From an uncultured bacterium (GTDB taxonomy: Bacteria > Deinococcota > Deinococci > Deinococcales > Marinithermaceae): a stretch of DNA of 30,179 nucleotides. Position 1 is the first letter of the stretch; the number at the start of each line of letters is the position of its first letter. Both the position numbers and the translations under genes were made by a program. Positions 17,746 through 29,045 of this stretch are shown one piece after another. Location: contig CAYODT010000010.1 in NCBI GenBank assembly GCA_964402875.1, positions 26,727 through 56,905 on the forward strand. The letters run 5' to 3'. A model generated the notes under the pieces. It did no database searches. It saw only the letters and a program-made list of their open reading frames with translations, and was not told where the DNA came from.

Positions 17746-19152
17746 TTGCCTACAATTGCGATCAAGGAAACCTTATTGGCTGACCTGGAAACACCGGTTA
17801 CGGCCTATCTGAAACTCTCTGAACACGCCGAGGTCAGTTTTCTGCTGGAGTCGGTGGAGGCGGGGCGCCGTTGGAGCCGCTACTCGTTCATCGGGGTGGG
17901 CGCAAACCGCATATTTCGCCTGAAGAACGGCCGGATGACCGTAAATGGTGAGGAGACGCTTACAGACAACCCCCTAGATTCACTGTACCAGGCCATCAGC
18001 CGCAAGGTGGAAAGCGGACCACGGTTGCCTTTCTGGGGCGGCGCGGTGGGCTACGTGGCCTACGACCTGGCGCGCAGCTACGAACGTCTACCCAGCGAGA
18101 ATCCCGACGACTTGAATCTGCCCGAACTGTTGTTCATCGAGCCGCGAGTGGTGGCGGTCTTCGATCATTTCAAGCAACAACTGCACCTGGTGGCCGCCGC
18201 CGAGGCCGGTACAGCCGGAGCGGTTGAGAGCGCCAGGGAGCGGGTTTTAGAAGCTAAGAAGCGGCTCTTGGGACCGCTCCCGGGAGTGGCGGGTACCCGC
18301 GCGGGCGGACGCACGACGTTCACTCCCAATATGAGCAAGGCTAGCTACCAGGAAGCGGTGCAGCGGGCGGTGACCTATATTCGGGCCGGAGATATATTCC
18401 AGGTGGTGCCCAGCCTGCGTCTTTCAGCGCCGCTCCGGGTACACCCCTTCGCCCTCTACCGCGCGCTCAGGAGTATCAACCCAAGCCCCTATATGGGATA
18501 TCTGGATCTGGGTGAGGTCACGTTAGTCTCGGGAAGCCCGGAAAGCCTGCTGCGCTCGGAGCCGGGTGGCCGGGTGGTAACCCGCCCGATTGCCGGCACC
18601 CGCCCACGTGGTGATAATGCGGCCGAGGACGCCGAACTCGCGGTGGAGCTGTTGGCCAGCGAGAAGGAGCGGGCCGAGCACGTGATGCTGCTCGACCTGT
18701 CCAGAAATGACCTGGGGCGGGTCTCGCGTTTTGGCAGCGTACGCGTCACCGAGCAACTGGTAGTCGAGCAGTACTCGCATGTCATGCACCTGGTGAGTAC
18801 CGTCGAGGGCCGCCTAGCCGAGGGCAAAACCCCGCTCGACGCCCTAGCCTCGGTATTGCCCATGGGCACAGTCTCCGGTGCCCCCAAGATCCGGGCCATG
18901 GAGATTATCGAGGAGCTCGAGCCTTGTCGTAGAGGCCCCTACGGCGGGGCCTTCGGCTACCTAGGCTACAACGGCCAGATGGACATGGCCCTCACCCTAC
19001 GCACCTTCGTTATTGCGAACGGGCGGGTACACGTGCAAGCCGGAGCCGGCGTAGTGGCTGACAGCCGGCCCCAACCCGAATACCAAGAGTGTCTTAACAA
19101 AGCGCAAGCGCTCTTAAAGGCCGCCCGTATGGCTGAGGAGGGGCTCGAATGA
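17746..19152 (+). CDS. trpE: anthranilate synthase component I
   Basis: [39 protein letters not shown] and LRTFV are hallmark TrpE motifs. The open frame runs back to 17656 through the attenuator, but no ATG or GTG is available after the terminator. A TTG at 17746 with GGGGGT 4 nt upstream is the most plausible start ([18 protein letters not shown]...). The start is uncertain by +/- ~10 codons. Confidence 0.85.
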   Translation: MPTIAIKETLLADLETPVTAYLKLSEHAEVSFLLESVEAGRRWSRYSFIGVGANRIFRLKNGRMTVNGEETLTDNPLDSLYQAISRKVESGPRLPFWGGAVGYVAYDLARSYERLPSENPDDLNLPELLFIEPRVVAVFDHFKQQLHLVAAAEAGTAGAVESARERVLEAKKRLLGPLPGVAGTRAGGRTTFTPNMSKASYQEAVQRAVTYIRAGDIFQVVPSLRLSAPLRVHPFALYRALRSINPSPYMGYLDLGEVTLVSGSPESLLRSEPGGRVVTRPIAGTRPRGDNAAEDAELAVELLASEKERAEHVMLLDLSRNDLGRVSRFGSVRVTEQLVVEQYSHVMHLVSTVEGRLAEGKTPLDALASVLPMGTVSGAPKIRAMEIIEELEPCRRGPYGGAFGYLGYNGQMDMALTLRTFVIANGRVHVQAGAGVVADSRPQPEYQECLNKAQALLKAARMAEEGLE

Positions 19153-19724
19153 AGCGTGTACTGGTGATCGATAACTACGATTCATTCACTTATAACCTGG
19201 TGCAGTACCTGGGTGAGCTGCAGGTCGAGCCTTTGGTCTGGCGCAACGATCAGTTTTCGCTGGCGCAGGTCGAGGCGCTGAAGCCGGACGCCATTCTGGT
19301 CTCCCCCGGACCGTGTACACCCAAGGAGGCGGGGCTTTCGGTACCCCTAATTCAGCGCTTCGCACCCGAGCTGCCCATCCTGGGCGTCTGTCTGGGACAC
19401 CAATCGATCGGCGCGGCGTTTGGGGCCAAGGTGGTACTCGCACCGGTGATGATGCATGGTAAGACCAGCCCTATTCATCACGACGGCTCGCCCCTGTTCG
19501 CGGGGCTTTCCAACCCTTTCACCGCTACGCGCTATCACTCACTGGTAGTCACCGACCTGCCTGATGAGCTCCTGATCACCGCCTGGACAGATGAAGCGGG
19601 AGGGCGGACCATCATGGGCCTAGCCCACCGTGACTACCCCACCCAGGGGGTGCAGTTTCACCCCGAGTCGGTGCTGAGTGAAGGCGGCCTGCAACTGATC
19701 AAGAATTTCCTCAACACTTTGTAG
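19149..19724 (+). CDS. trpG: anthranilate synthase component II (glutamine amidotransferase)
   Basis: [21 protein letters not shown], the catalytic region [11 protein letters not shown] and HPES are present. It overlaps trpE by 4 nt (ATGA). Confidence 0.92.
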   Translation: MKRVLVIDNYDSFTYNLVQYLGELQVEPLVWRNDQFSLAQVEALKPDAILVSPGPCTPKEAGLSVPLIQRFAPELPILGVCLGHQSIGAAFGAKVVLAPVMMHGKTSPIHHDGSPLFAGLSNPFTATRYHSLVVTDLPDELLITAWTDEAGGRTIMGLAHRDYPTQGVQFHPESVLSEGGLQLIKNFLNTL

Positions 19725-19725
19725 G

Positions 19726-20538
19726 ATGAGGCTTATGGCGCTCGTCTCGGTCATCATACCCACCCACAATCGCCGGGCGCTGCTTTTGCGGAAGCTGCAG
19801 GCGCTGAAGGACCAAGGCACGGATTTCGAAGTGGTGGTGGTCGCAGACGGCTGTACCGATGGAACCGTAGAAGCACTTGCGGCCTACCCGGTCTCTTATC
19901 CCTTGAAGCTCCTGGAAAGCGAGGGCCGGGGTGCCGCGTACGCTCGTAACCGGGGGGCCGAGGCCGCTGCCGGCCAGATCCTGCTCTTTTCCGATGATGA
20001 CATAATACCCAGCCCGGGCTGGGTGGCCGCGCACCGAGCCGCGCACCGAGCCGGAAACGTTGTCGCGGTAGGTAGATTGGTACTGCCCGCCCATCTGCGG
20101 CAAGGGGCTGCATTCCACGGCCCCGGCGCCTACTGGTGGAACGCTACCGGCGCCAACACCAGCCTCCCGCGCGCGCTCTTCTTCTCAGCAGGAAGTTACG
20201 ACGAAAGCTTTTCCGACTACGGTGGTGAGGACCCCGACTTGGGTTGGAGGCTACATTCCTTGGGAGCGCGTTTCAGCTACCGGCCGGACGCGGCGGCCGA
20301 GCACTGGGACGAGGAGTATCCCGCCAACTTCCGCACCAAGGCCTTCGCGGCGGGGCAGGCGCACGTACATGTTTGGAGGAAGTACCATAGCTCCCGGATC
20401 TCTCTGGCGCTGGGGGTACACCCGGTGGTGCTGGCTGTAAAACTTGCCTTTCTTCCCCGGCTCGAGCGACTGCTGGGACCACATGGCAGCTATGAGCTGG
20501 CCTACGCAAGGGGAGCCTGGAAGGCGCTATGGAGCTGA
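19726..20538 (+). CDS. glycosyltransferase family 2 (GT-A fold)
   Basis: VSVIIPTHNR is followed by the DxD motif FSDDDII and is typical GT2. The start is 1 nt after the trpG stop. An alternative ATG lies at 19735. Confidence 0.8.
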   Translation: MRLMALVSVIIPTHNRRALLLRKLQALKDQGTDFEVVVVADGCTDGTVEALAAYPVSYPLKLLESEGRGAAYARNRGAEAAAGQILLFSDDDIIPSPGWVAAHRAAHRAGNVVAVGRLVLPAHLRQGAAFHGPGAYWWNATGANTSLPRALFFSAGSYDESFSDYGGEDPDLGWRLHSLGARFSYRPDAAAEHWDEEYPANFRTKAFAAGQAHVHVWRKYHSSRISLALGVHPVVLAVKLAFLPRLERLLGPHGSYELAYARGAWKALWS

Positions 20539-21368
20539 GCCTCATCATCCCCGCCTACCGGGATGCTGCTCTGCGGCGCAAGCTGGTCTCGCTGGCCGAC
20601 CAGACCTTCAAGGCTGCGCTCTTCGAAGTGATCGTGGTAACCATGGGCGGCGAGGCCCAGACTCTCACCTCGGCCTCGGAACCTTGGCCTTTTACCGTGC
20701 GCCTATTGACGATTCCGGAGGACAGAGCCAAGGGGCACTACCCTATCTCCCAAAAACGCAACTACGGCGCGCTGGTCGCAGAAGGCAAGGTACTGGCTTT
20801 CACCGACGACGACGTCCTACATCCGCCAAACCAGCTGGCTGAGTTGCAGGTGCTTTTTGCGCGGGGGTTCCACGGCATTGCAGTCACTGATTTAGTCTTT
20901 GAGGATCATACGATCTCCCGGCCCGCAAAGGGCCGGTTTGTAGCCTGGACACGGCTGAACGGCTCGCTCATGGCTATGGACCGCCTCACGCATACCCGGT
21001 TGGGCGAGTTCAACGAGGCTACCGGGCGGGGTGAGGACCTCGAGTTCGGTTACCGCGCGATGCGCCTAGGCATACCCATCCTTCGAGTACCCACCGCCCC
21101 GGCGATCCACATCGGTGTGCCACGAACCGACTTCGCCACCGGAAGAACCAGCGGTTACCAGGCCTTCACCACCGCCGAACGCTACGGCTGGCATTATGCC
21201 GCAGCAGTTGGCGTGCACCCCCTACTGCTTCATCTGAAAGCGCTGGCGGTGCGGCTGGGCGTAGACGCCTGGATCTTTCCCCGCCGATACCGAGCCTACG
21301 AACGCGGATACTTGAACGGCGCCCTGGAGGCCTATCGTGAACGAACTAAAAAAAGCCCTACACGCTGA
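20529..21368 (+). CDS. glycosyltransferase family 2-like (divergent)
   Basis: LSLIIPAYRD is followed by FTDDDV (DxD). It lacks the classic DDGSTD, so it is a divergent GT-A. It overlaps the upstream GT by 10 nt and is overlapped by trpD by 32 nt. Confidence 0.65.
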   Translation: MELSLIIPAYRDAALRRKLVSLADQTFKAALFEVIVVTMGGEAQTLTSASEPWPFTVRLLTIPEDRAKGHYPISQKRNYGALVAEGKVLAFTDDDVLHPPNQLAELQVLFARGFHGIAVTDLVFEDHTISRPAKGRFVAWTRLNGSLMAMDRLTHTRLGEFNEATGRGEDLEFGYRAMRLGIPILRVPTAPAIHIGVPRTDFATGRTSGYQAFTTAERYGWHYAAAVGVHPLLLHLKALAVRLGVDAWIFPRRYRAYERGYLNGALEAYRERTKKSPTR

Positions 21369-22344
21369 ACCGCTGAGCCAGGAAGAAGCCAAGCGTCTCA
21401 TGAACCGGATTATGGAGGGCCAGTTAACCCCCGCGCAGACCGCTGGAGTGCTAATGGCCCTGCGCACTCGCGGCGAGACCGTGGAGGAGATCAGCGGCTT
21501 CGCACTGGCCATGCGCGAGCACGCCGTGCACGTTAATGTCGGCCTGCAACCACTATTTGACATCGTGGGCACCGGCGGAGACGGCGCGGGCACCTTCAAT
21601 ATCTCGACTACCGCGGCTTTCGTGCTCGCCGCGGGTGGGCTCACCGTAGCCAAGCACGGTAACCGCGCGGCCTCCTCCAAGTCCGGCTCCGCAGACGTGC
21701 TTGAGGCCCTGGGCGTGAAGCTCGACCTGGACGCACATAAGAACGCAGGTGTCATTCAGGAGGCCGGCATCGGTTTCCTGTTCGCCCGTACCCATCATCC
21801 CGCTATGCGGAACGTCGCCGCGGTGCGCTCAGAGCTCGGCGTACGCACCGCCTTCAACCTGCTGGGACCGCTCACCAACCCGGCGGGCGCTACGCACCTG
21901 TTGCTGGGAGTATTCAGCAGTACCTGGCTACAACCCCTGGCCGAAGTGCTGCGCGCACTCGGTACACAGGCGGCCATGGTGGTGCATGGCGAAGGCACCG
22001 ACGAGCTAACCCTGGGCGAGAATCAGGTAGCCCTACTACGAGGTGGGTCAATCGAGGCCTTCCAGCTTGTACCAGAGGATGTGGGGCTCGAGCAGGCGCC
22101 GCTTTCGGCTCTGCGCGGCGGCGGACCGTCCGAGAACGCCCGGCTCACACGGGCCATTCTCGCCGGCCAGGAACGGGGGCCGAAGCGCGACGTGGTGGCA
22201 CTGAACGCCGGAGCGGGATTTTTCGTCGCCGAGTTGGCGCCAAGCCTGAAAACAGGTGTACGGAAAGCGGAAGAGATCCTCAATACCGGTCTCGGACACC
22301 AGGCACTCTCGCGCCTAGTGCGGCTGAGCAATGCACCGGCCTGA
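21337..22344 (+). CDS. trpD: anthranilate phosphoribosyltransferase
   Basis: GTGGDGAGTFNISTTAAFVLAAGG, KHGNRAASSKSGSADVLEALG and LFARTHHPAM are present. It starts on GTG with GGAGG 7 nt upstream. Confidence 0.92.
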   Translation: MNELKKALHAEPLSQEEAKRLMNRIMEGQLTPAQTAGVLMALRTRGETVEEISGFALAMREHAVHVNVGLQPLFDIVGTGGDGAGTFNISTTAAFVLAAGGLTVAKHGNRAASSKSGSADVLEALGVKLDLDAHKNAGVIQEAGIGFLFARTHHPAMRNVAAVRSELGVRTAFNLLGPLTNPAGATHLLLGVFSSTWLQPLAEVLRALGTQAAMVVHGEGTDELTLGENQVALLRGGSIEAFQLVPEDVGLEQAPLSALRGGGPSENARLTRAILAGQERGPKRDVVALNAGAGFFVAELAPSLKTGVRKAEEILNTGLGHQALSRLVRLSNAPA

Positions 22345-22682
22345 GGAATCACGGGGGTCTGGGGTCTACCCGCAGCCAACCATCGCTGGCATCTACCGCA
22401 TAGCTCCGGGATGGGAGCGCAACGCGCCCCATACCTGAGATCCATCTGGTTGTTGGCGAGCCGGGCTGTCTGGGAATTCTCGGGAACCCGCGTGGACCTT
22501 CTTTAAGTGAGGTCGGCAGTGCCCGCCAAACAACCGCCTGCGTACCGGTACTCCCGCCAGCCTCGTGTGCTCAGCCAAATTGACTTGCTATTCCAACTTC
22601 GCGCCATCTCCTCCATCAACCTCGTGCAAGAGGCTTGCCGGGTAGGGTACTCGGTACTAGACGGTCGGAAACGACGGCAGCC

Positions 22683-23081
22683 TCAAAGGAACCCTAGGCC
22701 GGTCATCAAGGCCCGGCCCGACAGCAGGAAGGCTAGCAGCAACCCCCAAAAGAGATACATGCCCACCCGGGGCGGTGGGTTCGTCAAGGTCCGGTAGAAC
22801 CAGCCGCTTTGGGGCTTGAGTCCTCCCAGGAAATGGAGCAACACTACGGTCAGCGTGCCATAGACCGCATGTAGAGGCTCATTAGGCCGCAGGCCACCCC
22901 AAATCATCAAAAGCCCACTGGCCAATTGTGCTATGGCCAGGTAGGCTAAGTATTGCACCCAGTCAAACCGCCTGGCCGCCGGCTCGCGACGCAAGCTGGA
23001 CAGGTTCAGCAGCCAAAGCACCAAGGCCGCCGCAGGTATTACAAACGCTAGGATTATATGAAGAATCAAGAGTAGGGCCAT
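22683..23081 (-). CDS. hypothetical small membrane protein (about 4 TM)
   Basis: It is hydrophobic and helix-rich (MALLLILHIILAFVIPAAALVLWLL...). It has no recognisable family. The start is chosen at the ATG at 23079-23081. The ORF track start at 23165 is a TTG adjacent to the gyrB SD. It is divergent from gyrB. Confidence 0.4.
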   Translation of the reverse strand: MALLLILHIILAFVIPAAALVLWLLNLSSLRREPAARRFDWVQYLAYLAIAQLASGLLMIWGGLRPNEPLHAVYGTLTVVLLHFLGGLKPQSGWFYRTLTNPPPRVGMYLFWGLLLAFLLSGRALMTGLGFL

Positions 23082-23146
23082 GGCCCTACTCTGCCACACC
23101 AAACACAGCAGGCCGGGCCCGAGAAGCCTGGTATACTGCCTTGTAG

Positions 23147-25087
<1,941 letters not shown>

Positions 25088-25136
25088 CCCCTGCCGGGTG
25101 GCGGTTTCACCCTTCAGGCGATAACCTGATAAGATA

Positions 25137-25781
25137 ATGGCCCGCCGCAAACTGCAATACACGCGCGATAGAATTATCCGGGCAGCTAGGGTATTGGTGG
25201 CGGAGAAGGGGCTGGACAGGACCACTGTGGCCGAAATCGTGGCTGAAGCAGGTGTGGCTCAGGGTACCTTCTACCTATATTTCCGGAGCAAGCGCGACAT
25301 CGCGCCGGCTTTCCTTGAGCAGATGCTGGAAGGGCTTGGGGCACGTATCGCGGATCAGATGGATCCCGCGCGTGTCGACGCGCGGGACCTGGGTAGCCTG
25401 CTGGAATCCATGGTGCATGCGGTCTACGAGGAAACTCAGAGCTACCAGGACGTGTTCGCCACCATCTTCTCCGGCTTGGCTGGCGGTGGTGATATCGAGT
25501 CCTTCCGTCCATTCTTCGAGAGGTTGGCGGAACCCATGAGGGGACTGCTCGAACACGGACAGCGGGTCGGCACGGTCGATACCTCGGTCAACGCCGCGGT
25601 AGCCGCGCGAATTATTGCGAGCACCCTAGACTACCTTGGCCTGGACCTCTTCTTTTTCAAACCCCCGGTTTCCCAGGAAGCCTACATGGCCGAGGTAGTA
25701 CGCTTCCTGAAAGCAGCCCTGGGCATCAAAGACCATCGGACGGCCCGACAGTCGCTTGACAAGCCGCAGCATCGTACATAA
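25137..25781 (+). CDS. TetR/AcrR family transcriptional regulator
   Basis: The N-terminal HTH is RIIRAARVLVAEKGLDRTTVAEIVAEAGVAQGTFYLYFRSK, which is the TetR signature. The length is 214 aa. Confidence 0.85.
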   Translation: MARRKLQYTRDRIIRAARVLVAEKGLDRTTVAEIVAEAGVAQGTFYLYFRSKRDIAPAFLEQMLEGLGARIADQMDPARVDARDLGSLLESMVHAVYEETQSYQDVFATIFSGLAGGGDIESFRPFFERLAEPMRGLLEHGQRVGTVDTSVNAAVAARIIASTLDYLGLDLFFFKPPVSQEAYMAEVVRFLKAALGIKDHRTARQSLDKPQHRT

Positions 25782-25791
25782 GCTGTAATTA

Positions 25792-25816
25792 TTACTGACT
25801 GATTGTCAGTCAGTAA
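25792..25816. promoter_or_regulatory. perfect 11-3-11 palindrome TTACTGACTGA-TTG-TCAGTCAGTAA (candidate TetR operator) between tetR and the downstream ABC operon
   Basis: Seen in the sequence. It lies 11 nt after the tetR stop and 38 nt before the FtsX-like start. The geometry is typical of a TetR-family operator. Confidence 0.5.
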
Positions 25817-25853
25817 CGAGATCAGAGCTATCAGTGGGTGCGGGGGTCGGAAG

Positions 25854-27068
25854 ATGATCATGGTCAGACTTGCCCTACGGAACATATTCAAGCAGCGAAA
25901 GCGGAACGAGTTGCTGCTGGAGGTCGTGGCCTACGCCACCTTGGCCGTGGTAGTCATGTGGGGCTTCACCGATTCGTACGTGAACTCGGCGCGGATGGGC
26001 TTCGCACGATACATCGACGCGCCGGTGCTGGTCACCACTGTCGCGTATCATCAGGATCCCAGCCCCACGCAGGCCCTGCCCTCCACGGACTTCATGCCCA
26101 GGCTGGAAAAGGTTCCAGGAGTTTTGGGGGCTACGCCGGTACTATATTTCTCCGCACTCCTGCAAAGCGCGCAGCGCAGCGCCCCGGTGCAGGTACGCGG
26201 CGTGGATCCCAGCACCTTCGCAAAGACCAGCGGCCTTCCCGGCGCCATCGTTCAGGGAACCATGCCCGCCGGGCCCGGCCAAGTGGCCCTGGGCGAGCAG
26301 TTGGCCAAGAGGCTGGGTTTAGAGCTGGGCGGGCGGGTGGTAATCTCCGCCGCCAGCCCCACCGGCCCCACGGCCACCGGCGCTAAGGTGGTGGGCCTGA
26401 TCAAGACCGGTCTTTCGGCCGTGGATAAGCAGACCGCATTGGTGACCATAGACCAGGCCCGGACGTTAACCGGCGTGTCTACGGCCACCGGTGTGATTCT
26501 GGGCACTGCTCCCGGCCGGGAGGCGGGGCTGGCCCGCAAAGTGGCCAAGCTGCTTCCCGCGGGACTAGGGGCTTACTCGGTGGAAACACTGATGGGTCCG
26601 GTCTGGCGGGAAATACGCGGCGAGGTGTTGGTTTCCATACCCATCTTGCTGCTTTTTTCACTGTTCGCCGCGCTTGCAGTGGTCAGCACGGCACTGGTTG
26701 CGGTGCTCGAGCGCACTCGGGAGTTCGGTCTGTTACTGGCACTGGGCCTCACACCGGGCCGGCTGGCCTGGATGGTGGTGCTCGAAATCCTCCTGGTCAC
26801 CACCGCCGGTTGGCTGCTGGGCCTGATTTTCGGCTATGCCATCACTATAGCACTCGGCCACTGGAACCTGCTCGGCTGGCTAATGGTACGGCCCTTCGAG
26901 TCGGTCTTCGGCATTATGGGTGTCGCCGGCCAACTGCTCACCCCCAGCAAACCCATCTACGCCCTCTATGCCTCAGCCACACTGGCCTTCGCGCTGATCC
27001 TGGCGCTTCTCTTGCCGGTTCGTTATGTCCTTCGCCTACGCCCCGCAAGGGCGCTGACCGCCGAATAG
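25854..27068 (+). CDS. ABC transporter permease, FtsX/MacB/LolC-E family (N-terminal TM, large periplasmic domain, 3 C-terminal TMs)
   Basis: MIMVRLALRNIFKQRKRN...; the periplasmic domain is about 200 aa; the C-terminal FtsX domain is VLERTREFGLLLALGLTPGRL. The ATG at 25854 has GGGGG upstream. The ORF track start at 25803 lies inside the palindrome and is rejected. Confidence 0.8.
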   Translation: MIMVRLALRNIFKQRKRNELLLEVVAYATLAVVVMWGFTDSYVNSARMGFARYIDAPVLVTTVAYHQDPSPTQALPSTDFMPRLEKVPGVLGATPVLYFSALLQSAQRSAPVQVRGVDPSTFAKTSGLPGAIVQGTMPAGPGQVALGEQLAKRLGLELGGRVVISAASPTGPTATGAKVVGLIKTGLSAVDKQTALVTIDQARTLTGVSTATGVILGTAPGREAGLARKVAKLLPAGLGAYSVETLMGPVWREIRGEVLVSIPILLLFSLFAALAVVSTALVAVLERTREFGLLLALGLTPGRLAWMVVLEILLVTTAGWLLGLIFGYAITIALGHWNLLGWLMVRPFESVFGIMGVAGQLLTPSKPIYALYASATLAFALILALLLPVRYVLRLRPARALTAE

Positions 27069-27076
27069 GAGGAAGT

Positions 27077-27784
27077 ATGAGCGCACCTTCTCTACTCCTG
27101 CTGCTGGCATTTTCGCTTAGCCCGTTGGCACTGGCCCAGTCCAGCGCCGAGGCCTTGTTGCAGCAGGCGATAAAAGCCATGACCCCAGCACACACACGTG
27201 CAACGCTCGAGCTCAGCTCGAAGGGCGGCCCGACATACCGTCTACGCTATTTGGCCGAGGGCGGCAAGCGGTTGCTCATTCGTGTTCTGGCCCCAGAAAC
27301 CTCGGCCGGGCAAGCCTTTTTGATTAACGGCCGGACCACCTGGGCCTATGCACCCGGTATGCCCCAGGCGGTCAAACTACCTCCAGGGCAGAAGGCCGGC
27401 CTATTCGGCTCCGGGCTGAGCCTGCAGGATCTTGCCGGGGAGGACCTGACCACTCGTTACACCGCAGCCATGGGCACCGGGCCCCACACCCTGGTACTGA
27501 CGCCCGCGCCCACCACCCCTACCCCCTATGATCGGCTGGTGATTACCCTTACCGCCAACGGCCTGCTCAGCGGCATCGCCTACCAGAGTGGGGGAAGAAC
27601 CCTGCGCACAATCCGTTTCAGCGACTACAGAAAGACTGGGACAGGCTCTGTGCCTCTGCTGGTCGAGGTGAAAGAGGACCGGACAATCGTCCTCAGATAT
27701 CTGAATGCCGACTTTACAAAGCCCGTACCCCGGGCCTGTTTCACCCCGGCGCTCCTGGCCCGGCCCCCGAAGGAGTGCGAGTAG
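27077..27784 (+). CDS. LolA-like outer-membrane lipoprotein-sorting/carrier-fold protein (secreted)
   Basis: It has a signal peptide (MSAPSLLLLLAFSLSPLALAQ). The pattern LRYLAEGGKRLLIRVLAPETSAGQAFLINGRTTWAYAPGMPQAVKLP...GSGLSLQDLAGEDL matches the LolA-like periplasmic partners of MacB/FtsX-type transporters. AGGAGG lies 4 nt upstream. The ORF track extension to 26810 is rejected. Confidence 0.65.
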   Translation: MSAPSLLLLLAFSLSPLALAQSSAEALLQQAIKAMTPAHTRATLELSSKGGPTYRLRYLAEGGKRLLIRVLAPETSAGQAFLINGRTTWAYAPGMPQAVKLPPGQKAGLFGSGLSLQDLAGEDLTTRYTAAMGTGPHTLVLTPAPTTPTPYDRLVITLTANGLLSGIAYQSGGRTLRTIRFSDYRKTGTGSVPLLVEVKEDRTIVLRYLNADFTKPVPRACFTPALLARPPKECE

Positions 27785-27785
27785 G

Positions 27786-29012
27786 GTGCTCTCTTTGGCC
27801 TGGCGCAACGTATGGCGACGCCCGGGACGCAGTTTGATGACTGTGGGCGCCATGGCCCTGGTGGTCTGGTTGCTGATCCTGATGAACGGTATGGCCGGCG
27901 CAGCTCGAAATGGCATCTATCAAAGCCTCACTAACCAACTAGGAGTGTTGCAGGTCTATACCAAGAACCACGCAGCCGCGACCTCCTTCGCCGGTGGGCT
28001 CATTGAACACGCCGGCGCAGCACAGGCCAAGCTGAAGCCCCTGGTAGGCCAAAAAGCAGTAGTAGGCGTGCTGGAAGCTCCTACCTTGGTCACCCGGGGT
28101 CAGCATGCTCAGGGAGCCATGTTGATCGGGGAGGACCTGCCGCCGAACCTCCTCAAATCCTTTGCTGCGCAATACCTATCCAGTGGTAGCATGCCCATCC
28201 CCGGCCTGGTAGCCGGCATCGCCCTGGGCGGGGCCCTCGCCGCCCGCCTGAAGGTTCACCTGGGCAACACTATCACCCTGTTCAGCCCTGGCTCACCGGG
28301 AAGGGGGGTGGGGATATTCAAGGTAGAAGGTATCTTGGATTTTCCCGACCCGCAGATGAACGCAGGGCTGGCCTATACTTCCCTGGCCCCTGCTCAGGCG
28401 CTGGCCGCGCCGGACGCGCTCACCCGTATAGAACTGCGCCCCTCGGGCTTTACGCTGGCTACGGAAGGCGGGCTCACCAAGCTACGAAACCAGATAGCCA
28501 AGGCTCTGGGTGGTTCGCTCGAGGTACAAACTTGGCGGGAGGCCAATCCAATTGCAGACGGCATGCTGCGCCTCCTCACCCCCATGTTCGGGATCTATGG
28601 AGTACTCTTCTTCGTCCTCGCCGGGCTGTTGGTGATGAACACTATGTACCTGAGTCTCATGGAGCGCGTACGTGAGTTCGGCCTACTCCAAGCATTGGGT
28701 ACCAGCAGCGGGCGCCTTCGGGGGCTAGTCTTTCTCGAAAGCCTGATGCTCAGTATCGGGGGGGCGCTCTTGGGCACGGCGCTGGGACTTATAACCGTAG
28801 CCTGGCTGGGCCGGGGTATCTACCTGCCGCACTGGTTGGCTAACGTCTACACCCAGTTCGGCCTGCCGACTACTCTCTACCCGGTAGCCAGTGTAGGCGG
28901 GGTGCTGTTCGCAGCCGCGCTGGCGGTGCTCACCGGGTTGATCGCCGCACAACGGCCGGCACGACAGGCCGCTTCCATCTCGCCGGTGGAAGCTATGCAT
29001 ATCGATACCTAA
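27786..29012 (+). CDS. ABC transporter permease, FtsX/MacB/LolC-E family (second copy)
   Basis: LSLAWRNVWRRPGRSLMTVGAMALV...; the C-terminus VMNTMYLSLMERVREFGLLQALGTSSGRL is the FtsX domain. It starts on GTG at 27786, 1 nt after the LolA-like stop. Confidence 0.8.
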   Translation: MLSLAWRNVWRRPGRSLMTVGAMALVVWLLILMNGMAGAARNGIYQSLTNQLGVLQVYTKNHAAATSFAGGLIEHAGAAQAKLKPLVGQKAVVGVLEAPTLVTRGQHAQGAMLIGEDLPPNLLKSFAAQYLSSGSMPIPGLVAGIALGGALAARLKVHLGNTITLFSPGSPGRGVGIFKVEGILDFPDPQMNAGLAYTSLAPAQALAAPDALTRIELRPSGFTLATEGGLTKLRNQIAKALGGSLEVQTWREANPIADGMLRLLTPMFGIYGVLFFVLAGLLVMNTMYLSLMERVREFGLLQALGTSSGRLRGLVFLESLMLSIGGALLGTALGLITVAWLGRGIYLPHWLANVYTQFGLPTTLYPVASVGGVLFAAALAVLTGLIAAQRPARQAASISPVEAMHIDT

Positions 29013-29045
29013 GCTGCGCGAGAGACCTCTGAGTAAGGAGCACAT

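Noticed and set aside
22393-22797. ORFs 22393-22578(-) and 22507-22797(+) in the trpD/membrane-protein intergenic region
   Set aside because: They are Arg-rich, mutually overlapping, and have no homology or RBS. They are likely spurious. The ~340-bp region stays unassigned.
25803-25853. Upstream extension of the first FtsX permease beginning inside the TetR operator palindrome
   Set aside because: It would start within the palindrome and has no SD. The ATG at 25854 with its upstream G-run is preferred.
26810-27076. Upstream extension of the LolA-like ORF (324-aa track ORF) overlapping the FtsX gene
   Set aside because: It is out-of-frame overlap with the permease. AGGAGG followed by the ATG at 27077 marks the real start, which is followed by a clean signal peptide.
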